A DNA stretch of 64,000 bases from the human T2T-CHM13v2.0 reference genome, Homo sapiens. The DNA is taken from the NCBI RefSeq assembly GCF_009914755.1, contig NC_060933.1. One strand, written 5' to 3'. Under the pieces are notes generated by a model that had not been told where the DNA came from, made no database searches, and worked only from the letters and a program-made list of their open reading frames with translations. This document shows, one piece after another, positions 55,401 through 64,000 of the stretch (position 1 is the first letter of the stretch; every line of letters starts with the position of its first letter). Made by a program: the position numbers and the translations under genes.

Positions 55401-55681
55401 ATAATTACCAACTCAAGGCCAGTATTCTTTCATTTATTGCCCCCTTTACTCTGATTGTCTTAAAACAAATAGCATACCTCATTCATCACCGAATAGCCTA
55501 GTATGTATCTGTTTAAGATATGAACTACTTTTCATAAAACCATATTACTATCACATAAAAAATTAATTTGTTTATATTATCAAATATCCAGCCAGTTTTC
55601 AAATTTCCCGATCTAAAAATTTTTTCTTTGTCATTTGTTTGAGTCAGGCTCCAAATAAGGCTTATACATTGTGATTGATTA

Positions 55682-56771
55682 ATGATGTGCCTCTTATTTA
55701 TTTATTTATTTTTTTATTATACTTTAAGTTCTGGGTTACATGTGTGGAACATGCAGGTTTGTTACATAGGTATACATGTGCCATGGTGGTTTGCTGCACC
55801 CATCAACCCATCACCTACATTAGGTGTTTCTCTTAATGCTATCCCTCCCCTAGCCCCCCAGCCCCCAACAGGCCTCAGTGTGTGATGTTCCCCTCCCTGT
55901 GTCCATGTGTTCTCATTGTTCAATGTGGAGTCGGTCGGGAGACCCTAACCCAGCGGGGCTAGAGGAATTAAAGACACACACACACACAGAAATATAGAGG
56001 TGTGAAGTGGGAAATCAGGGGTCTCACAGCCTTCAGAGCTGAGAGCCCCGAACAGAGATTTACCCACATATTTATTAACAGCAAACCAGTCATTAGCATT
56101 GTTTCTATAGATATTAAATTAACTAAAAGTATCCCTTATGGAAAGCGAAGGGATGGGCCGAATTAGAGGAATAGGTTGGGCTAGTTAATTGCAGCAGGAA
56201 CATGCCCTTAAGGCACAGATCACTCATGCCATTGTTTGTGGCTTAAGAATGCCTTTAAGCGGTTTTCCGCCCTGGGTGGCCCAGGTGTTGCTTGCCCTCA
56301 TTCCCGTAAATCCACAACCTTCCAGCTTGGGCGTTAGAGCCATTATGAACATGTCACAGTGCTGCAGAGATTTTGTTTATGGCCAGTTTTGGGGCCAGTT
56401 TATGGCCAGATTTTGGGGCGCTTGCTCCCAACAGTTCAACTCCCAGACCTAAAACCATAAAATTCCTAGAAGAAAACCTAGGCAATACCATTTAGGACAT
56501 AGGCATGGGCAAAGACTTCATGGCTAAAACACCAAAAGCAGGGGCAACAAAAGCCAAAATTGACAAACGGGATCTAATTAAACTAAAGAGCTTCTGCACA
56601 GCAAAAGAAACTATCATCAGAGTGAACAGGCAACCTACAGAATGGGAGAAAGTTTTTGCAATCTATCCAGCTGACAAAGGGCTAATATTCAGAATCTACA
56701 AAGAATTTAGATTTACAAGAAACAAACAAACAACCCCATCAAAAAGTGGGTGAAGGATGATATGTCTCTTA
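55682..56771 (-). mobile_element. 5'-inverted (twin-primed) L1PA
   Basis: Antisense 3'UTR at 55697-55923 and 56440-56445, then ORF2 segment on + strand about 56445-56758 ([23 protein letters not shown]); TSD ATGAT(G/A)TG(C/T)CTCTTA at 55682-55696 and 56757-56771. Confidence 0.9.
55924..56433 (-). mobile_element. MER9 solo LTR (HERV-K9/HML-3)
   Basis: TG...CA ends, 510 bp; reverse complement starts TGTTGGGAGCAAGCGCCCCAAAATCTGGCCATAAACTGGCC; 6-bp TSD GTTCAA at 55918-55923 and 56434-56439. Confidence 0.92.
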
Positions 56772-59700
56772 CATCTCCTTAATTTTACAGGCTCCTCTCC
56801 ATTTTTTTCTCCTTTGAAAATTTTTGGTTGAAGAATCTAGGTTATTTCAGGCTTCATGTGATCTGGATTTTGCTGGCTGCAATCTCATGGGGTCATTTTG
56901 CAAGTTCTATCCCTGATATTATCAATAAATTGGTAGGTAGTAAGAGCAAAAGGCTCAAATTCAAGTTTAATTTTATTTTTGAGAAGGTGAGGGAAGACTG
57001 CTTCCCAGTGACGGTGTGTATTTCCATCTGTAGGTACAAAATGTCTGCTTGTCCCTCCCAGTGATGTTAGCAGCTGCCATCACCTAGATCCTTATAAGGG
57101 TTCATTGAGGTTTGCCAGATAATGACACTCATTCTGTTATTTCTTCTTCATTTACTCGCTAGAATATTTTTATAAAGAGAAACTTCTCATCAATCATTTG
57201 TTACAGTGAGATACAGTTTCTGTAGGAAAGGCAAAATTAATCCTCAGTTCTTTCATTTTATTTATCAGGGGCTATTTCCCTAGTATTCACTGAAGGGCAC
57301 CAATGAGATGTTTTCCTATTTTCATTGTAAATTCATTAACTTAAATATAGTTGATGTGTTTTATTTCATTGAAGTCGTAAACCTGTTCATGCTTAAACTG
57401 CCCCATCTTTGGCTAGAGAGAGCCAATTCAAGTTGACTTCTAGGTCCTTTAATGTGACCCCAGTATATTCTTTTTCTGGTATAATAAATGCTTCCATTAT
57501 TATCTTGCATATTTTGTGTTCCAGGCCTGGAATCAACCTTTTCTCTGAGACCCTTTGTTCCTTTTTTTTTTTTAAACTCATATTTAGAGACCACAATATG
57601 AGTGTTGTAATTCTGATTGCTGTTGGATTAATATTTAGGAGTTTTCAGTGAGCAGAGTTGAGCAATGTTTTTTACATATAAAATAGCCCATGAATTTATA
57701 CAGATATTTTCAATTTAAAATCAATTCAGTTTTACTCTCACCAATTTTACATCTGCATCTTTTCCCCATGTTGAAAATTCTGTTCTCAGTGTCACCAATA
57801 TAATTACTCTTTGATTTTATCTCGCGCTGTGTACAACACTCTCTTAGAATGACAGAACTACCATCAGCACTGTGATAGCTGCCAATAATTTAAATTTTAT
57901 ATAGTTCTTTTTGTCTTTAAAAATGTATCCCACACATGTCATGTGGTCAAGTTATTTGTTCAAAATTAATTGAAATATTTCTCTCTCTCTAAGTATTTTG
58001 AAATGACTCTCATGCTGCCCAGAATCTTCTCAAGATGAGCTATCTTTAGTCCTCCAGAAAAAAAATCTTTGTTACATATTACATGATTTCAAGTCTGCTC
58101 TACCATCATAGCTTTTTTTTTTTTTTTTTTTTTTTTGCCAACATAGTTTAGTTTATGCTCTCTCTACTGTCGTTGGAAGGTTAGAAAATATTCCAACGAT
58201 ATGCATTACTCTAGCTTGCACAGGCAATAGTAAGTGGAAGGTAGCAAAACCATCTGTTTCAGCAACCTGATGCCCTGGAAATAAATATTCTATCTTGAAG
58301 GGATGACATTAACTCTACTAGGTCTTGCACAATAGTGTATAATTATTTCCCCTAATGTGCCTGTTTTAGAAAGGAGTGTGTTAAACTTGCCATTCTTTAT
58401 TAGTCTGAAAGATGAGGTAAAGCAGGGCTGGAAACATTTCTAATTGTAGAATTTTGTCCAAGAAAATGAAAGATTAAAGAGATCCGTAATAATCAAACCT
58501 GATTCATTCTGGACAAGTGAAAGGGAATGTGCAGTGAACAAATCATTTAAACTAGTTGTACACACTAATGAGCATTAAATTCGTTCTATCCTCCCAGGAC
58601 TAAGAACTAGGAGTTACTACAGGCTGCTCAATAAAGGCATTAATTTAATGTGTAACAGAAGGGAAAATGAAGGAAAGAAACAAGACATGTAATTCCCATA
58701 GAAGAAAAGTAAATTGGTAATGATTTTATTCATTCAACAACATTTATTGAATTCCTCCTATGTATCAGGTGTAATTCAACCTGCTAGAGATAACAAGTAT
58801 GAAAAGGTTGTATACCCTGCTCACTAGCAGGACATAGTCAAACTGGGAAATAGCTAGCTTTATGTAATATCTAATAGTATAGTGCAGGCATGCATGAAGT
58901 ACTGTGAGACCCTTGCAAATATACTCAAGCATTTCAATCTTGTTAGGATCTTTAGTTTGATTACACGGACCTCAAGTTCCTAATGTGAGAACAAACATAT
59001 GTCATATATCAAAATTATGTGATACAGGAGAGGATTTTTTTGCATGCAAATGAACAAGTTTCACACAATTACTGCAAAAATTGCCTTCCTTGGAAGACCA
59101 CTTTTAAGGATTCTTAATAGGCATCTCCAAACGAAAATCATACTGATAAGAACAAACGTAAGATTTATTTACTGTGGGAATTCTCATAGACTTTGTTATC
59201 CTAATATGCTGTGTGAATTGACAGAAGAGATGTAAATAGGCAGTATTTGTTTCCCTGACCTATTTTTCAGTTTGTCCAGAGGGTACATTTTTACAGCAAA
59301 ACATTGTGTCCATCGAGATTGGGTTGTAAGTGATCAGAAAATTCAATCCAAACTGGCGGAAGGGAAACAAGTGAAAGAAGGAGGGAATTTATTGGCTTCT
59401 TGAACTCTGGCATGCCTCACTTGATCTCAGAGGTAAAGCAGGGCTCCAGGAACTCAGTTCTTTCTGCCACTCAGTGTAGCCCTGATCTCTCCCATTGCTG
59501 GATTCTCAAACAAGCCTCCTGCACATCATTGCAAGATAACTGTCAGGAGTCCTCAGTTCAAGTCTAATACGAAAAAAGTGAGAGCCTTTGCCTTGGTATG
59601 CCGAGAAAAATTCTCGTGGGTACACACTTTGCTTTCCATCTCTCCTTACCTCTTTCTGCAGTCTGTTCTTGTTTTCTTACTATGGAGCCTTGAGTACCTT

Positions 59701-59914
59701 GTTGGATGCCTTTGGGACAAAGTGATTTAGAGGGAGAGTAGCATGTAAGAGATAGCAAGAGTCTACAGAGGACTACGAGGCTATGGAAAGAGGTCATCCC
59801 TCCCCAGTAGAAATCCTGGAACATGGGCAGGCATCCTTATCACGTGTGTTCAATCGTAAAGGCAGCTCTTGATGAAAAGCCCTCACCTGACAGCTTTCAA
59901 GAAGAGACAGCTGG

Positions 59915-60038
59915 CAGGCTGAGGTGGGAGTATCACTTGAACCTGGGAAGTCGAGGTTTCAGTGAGCTGTGATCATGTGTCTACACTCCAGCCTGGGCAA
60001 TAGAGCGAGACCCTGTCTCAAAGAAATAAAAATAAAAT
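59915..60038 (+). mobile_element. Alu right-arm/FRAM fragment
   Basis: AGGCTGAGGTGGGAG..CACTCCAGCCTGGGCAATAGAGCGAGACCCTGTCTCA. Confidence 0.9.
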
Positions 60039-60049
60039 AGTGTCTGTGA

Positions 60050-62050
60050 TTTTTTTTTCCTTCCAATAGTTTGTTTTAATAAATTTGAAAAATACAAACA
60101 AGTTGAAAGAGTAGTATAATGAACACATATTAATACCTTCCATTCACCTGGATTTACCAAAAAGTTAATATTCTTTTCTGTCTCTTTATACACACATGGA
60201 ATGTTTTCTCTGAACTCTGAAATTAAGTTCCAGACATTGTGAAAATACAGTCCAAAATATTGCAGAATGCATCTCCTAAGAACAACATTCTCCTGTATAA
60301 CCAAAGTACCACCCTCACTTCTAAGAAAGTTAATGGTGATTTTATCAAAATTACTGTCCATATTCAGTTGTCACAATGATTTTTTTTATAGATCTATCCC
60401 TTTTGATTCCAGAACACAGGGTCATACATTGCCATTATTTATTCCATCTCTCTCTCTTTTATTTATTTTTTTTAGAGACAAGGTCTCACTCTGTCACCCA
60501 GGCTGGAGTACAGTGGTGTGATCATGGCTCACTGCAGCAAAAAACTCCTGGGCTCAGGCAGTCCTCCGGAATAGCTAGAACTGCAGGTGTGCACCACCAC
60601 AGCTGGCTAATTTTTTTATTTTTATTTTTTGTAGAGCAGGGTTTCGTGTTCCGTAGGTTGGTCTCAAGTTCCTGGCCTCAGGTGATCCTCCTGTTTTGGC
60701 CTCTCAAAGTGCTGGGATTATAGGCATGAAACACCGTGTCCAGCTTGTGCCATCTCTTTTAACTATTAATCTAGAAGAGCTCCTCTGCCTTATTGCAGGA
60801 ATGGGAAACTGAGGAGGGTAGGAAGTGGTCTTTCATGTTGATGATTTTGATGAGGCCAGGCTTATGGTTTGTAAAACAAGTCTCACTTTGGATTTCTTTG
60901 ATGTTTTTTTTTTCAGGAGTAGATGAGGAGTTAAATATTTTTAGCATAAAATCTACCTAGGGTAAGACTGCATCCTTTTCACGGCTTCCTGTCAGGTGGT
61001 ATAATGTCAGAAGTCCCATTTTTTGGTGATGTTAACTTTGTTCACTTGGTGGATTGAGATGATATCTGCTAGATTTCTCTATTGTAAAGATATGGTTTGT
61101 CTTTGTAATTAACAGGATATCTGAGGGATGATATTTTGTAGCACGTGCATATCCTATTCCCTGTCAATTTTTCCCCAAGATTTTAGCATTTATTGATGAC
61201 TTCTACCTAAATAAATCATTACATCAGTGCTTGCGAGGTGTTGGTTTTCTAATTCTGGAATACCTTCTTTACTCTGCTGTTTTTTAAAAATATCATTATT
61301 AACTCATGGATTCTATTCAAGAGTGATGATTCATTACTGACATTACTGACTTTCTTTTTTGGTTCTGAAATTGGCCCTAGTTTGATGAGTGGGAGACCTT
61401 TCAAGTTGACTCCTGTGTCCTTTTCAGAAGTTCCCATCAGTTTTTCAGTACTTCTTCCTTTACAGCACAACAGAATGTTCACCTTGTGTCTTCTCTGCTC
61501 CAGACCTACAAATAGCCATTTCTCAAATAGGTGGTTTCTCTTGTTTAGGAGTGGTGTTTACAAATCAAGATATCGGTGAGAAGGGTGTCATTGGTTCTTA
61601 TGTCCTTTTTCAGCAGACAGAGCTAAGAAGATATATCTGGAGGTTATAGTGGTACCTCCAAATGCAATTCCATACCACAGGTTCTTCCTCTTCCTGACAC
61701 ATTTCAGATTTCTTTCCCTTCCTTTCACAGTGAGAATCATAGTTATTAACCATATCCATACATTTACTACAGTACATGCAAAATACTGTTGGAATTACCA
61801 AACCACTGCTACTACCAACCACAAACTTATGTACAATTTAAGATTTCTCTTTGTCCTTAGAGTATATTCCCTGAGGCAATAGAGTCAGACTCTTTGGTTC
61901 CAAAGTTGCTTGAACAAATTTTTTTCTCTATGATTATGTCATTAATTTGATAATACAGTTAGGTTAATTTTCTTCTGTTTTGTTCAGTTTTAGAGCTCTC
62001 GCTCATCTTTATATATTTAATTGTATTATTTACTTAATTTTATGTTAAAA
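60050..62050 (-). mobile_element. Old L1MC-like fragments
   Basis: L1M 3'UTR-like text similar to 55310-57990; approximate limits. Confidence 0.6.
60456..60744 (-). mobile_element. Alu (AluJ)
   Basis: AGAGACAAGGTCTCACTCTGTCACCCAGGCTGGAG..CATGGCTCACTGCAG. Confidence 0.9.
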
Positions 62051-62497
62051 TATATAAAACATATGGTTCAAAGTAAAATACGTAGAATACTATATACACA
62101 CTTTTTTACGTTTTGCTTTTATCACTTAATCTGTTCTTGGAAATCACTATATATTAGTTCATAGAGATCTTTATTCTTTTTTGCAGTGGTGTTCTGGTAG
62201 AGTTACCGTAATTTATTTAACTAGCTACCAATGAGTGTGCAGGTAGGTTGTTTCCATATGTTTCTACAAATAACTCCAAACTGAATGACCTTGTACACAT
62301 ACTTTGTGGTTGTTTTTGTAGGTGTATTTTCAGGATAAGTTCCTGGCAGTAGATTGCTCATTCCAAAGGTAGAAGGGAATATAGCATTATTAGATATTGC
62401 TAAATCTCCCTCATTAAGGGCTAGGATAGTTTACATTGTCATCAACCATGTTTGGGTGCCTTCTTCCCCTCACCTGGCTCTGTTGTCAGTTTTTGAA

Positions 62498-62725
62498 ATT
62501 TTTCTTTTTAAGAGACGGGGTCTTGCTTTGTCACTCAGGCTGGAGTGCAGTGGCACAATCGTAGCTCACTGCTGCCTCAGATTCCTGGGCTCAAGTGATC
62601 CTCCCACCTCAGCCTCCAAGTGACTGAGACTACAGCCTCCCAAGTGGCTAGGAGCACACCACCACGCCCTTTTTTTTTTTTTTAATTTTTTTCTAGAGAT
62701 CAAGTCTCACCATCTTTCCAAGGCT
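62498..62725 (-). mobile_element. Partial AluJ with a small internal duplication
   Basis: CAGCCTCC(C)AAGTG at 62610 and again at 62633. Confidence 0.85.
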
Positions 62726-64000
62726 AATTTTGGCTTGTTTGATGGGTGAGAAATGGCATCTCTGTGTGTTTTATCTGATATCAGAATCACAACCCTGCTT
62801 TGCCCCAACTCTTTATTCTTAGGCATTTGAATTACTCTATTTTAGGTGTTAGATTTTGCTTTGTGAGACAATTTTAATGTATTTTTATTTAATAAGATTT
62901 TTAAGCTCATTTACATTTATAAATATGACCAATAAATTTCATCTCATCTGTCATATTATTTTAGATTTTATGTATATATAGTTTATATTTTGTTATTGTG
63001 TTTTGTATGTGGCCCATTCCTTGTTCTTTTGAAATAATTTATTTTGGCTATGGGGAAGGTTGTATTATTATTTTAATGATTATTAAATGTAACCTTTATA
63101 TGCCCTTCATTCCTTTTTCCTTCACTTGATCTATATTTGGTTTGTCAGCTTTAAATCAGATCCGTTGAGTCTACCTATGGAACAATTCATTAGCTTATCC
63201 TGTTTTACCGTTTCTGTCTCTTTTCTCCTTCTATTTTAAGTTCATTATTTCTATTTTTCAGAACACGTTTCCTTATTCTTCTTCCACCCTGGTTCCCTCC
63301 TTTGCTTTTATCTTAGATTTGCAAATAAATATGTTTCATCCACCATCAGTTCTTTTGCGAGTCATATCTTGGTTGGACAAAACACATCGGCTAGATTACC
63401 TAGAAAGGGCTTGTAAGTGCAGTATACCCTGGGTTCTTAATTGTATAAAATGTTTTCTAGAGGCTTGATATTTGAAGGATAGCTTCACTGATAGTTTTTT
63501 CCCCTGCAGGTAACCCTTTATTTATGTATTTTTTGGTGTGGAGGTCCAGGAGACTTTTTTTCTTGAAGTGTAATGTTAAAGATTAGACACAGGTACAAGC
63601 ATATTAGGTCTTATTTGCCAGTTTTCTTTATTAGTTACTTTTTCTTGAATACTTTTGACCTCTATGTTGCTTTTTTGTTCTCTTTCCCATATTTATGCCT
63701 TTCTTCAATGCTCCTGATTATATTTTCAGTTGAATCACTTCTCTCTCAGACACCTTGTAATTAGTTTTTATTTCTAATATAATTTAGCGTTCAGTTTATT
63801 TCCAGGGTTTAATCAACTCTGGTTTTACATCTTGTTTTTGTTCTGTCCATATATTTTAAAAATATTTCTTTGAGCTGTATTTCCATATCTTCAGATTCTA
63901 TTTCAGTGTGTTTCACTTAGGTTCAGATGTGTTTCATTTGTGTGCTGTTGCAAATTTTTTAGTAGAATTTTAATCAACTGCAATATTTTGATTCTCTTTT

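Larger units (their letters stand above)
55310..57990 (-). mobile_element. Old L1MC-like element hosting younger nested insertions
   Basis: L1M 3'UTR text on both sides of 55682-56771; approximate limits. Confidence 0.65.

Noticed and set aside
56375-56418. Short repeats TTTATGGCCAG/TTTTGGGG resembling an array
   Set aside because: Intrinsic to the MER9 LTR; there are no unique spacers and the DNA is eukaryotic, so it is not CRISPR.
57300-61900. Similarity between about 57350-57900 and 61300-61900
   Set aside because: Better explained as two diverged copies of related L1MC 3'UTRs than as a local duplication.

Overview
Primate (very probably human) genomic DNA from inside the proprotein convertase gene PCSK5 (PC5/6), transcribed on the + strand. 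I found only one coding exon in the 64 kb: 42787-42900 (114 nt, phase 0/0). It encodes VEWIQQQVVKKRTKR|DYDFSRAQSTYFNDPKWPSMWYM, the end of the prodomain, the autocatalytic RTKR cleavage site and the start of the mature enzyme (exon 3 from my recall of the gene). The rest is intronic and rich in repeats: about 19 Alus, several L1PA/L1M fragments (mostly antisense to the gene), L2/MIR relics, LTRs (MLT2, MLT1, MER21, MER9) and DNA-transposon MITEs (MER2, MER53, MER94, MER58A, MER5A). The other ORFs in the track look like repeat-derived or chance ORFs. I see no evidence of a new multi-gene system. The most unusual items are structural: (i) a TSD-bounded retro-insertion of non-L1 polyadenylated sequence fused to an inverted L1 ORF1/ORF2 junction piece (6890-7597); (ii) a fold-back hairpin with a perfect 22-bp stem, a nested hairpin, a tandem duplication and a possible in-frame pseudo-exon (34134-34254); (iii) a 90-bp local duplication 2 kb apart (13640/15679); (iv) a 5'-inverted L1 carrying a MER9 solo LTR next to its inversion junction (55682-56771); (v) a trimeric Alu with a chimeric middle arm (44926-45370). 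Repeat subfamily names come from recall of consensus sequences, not a RepeatMasker run, and boundaries of old repeats are approximate.
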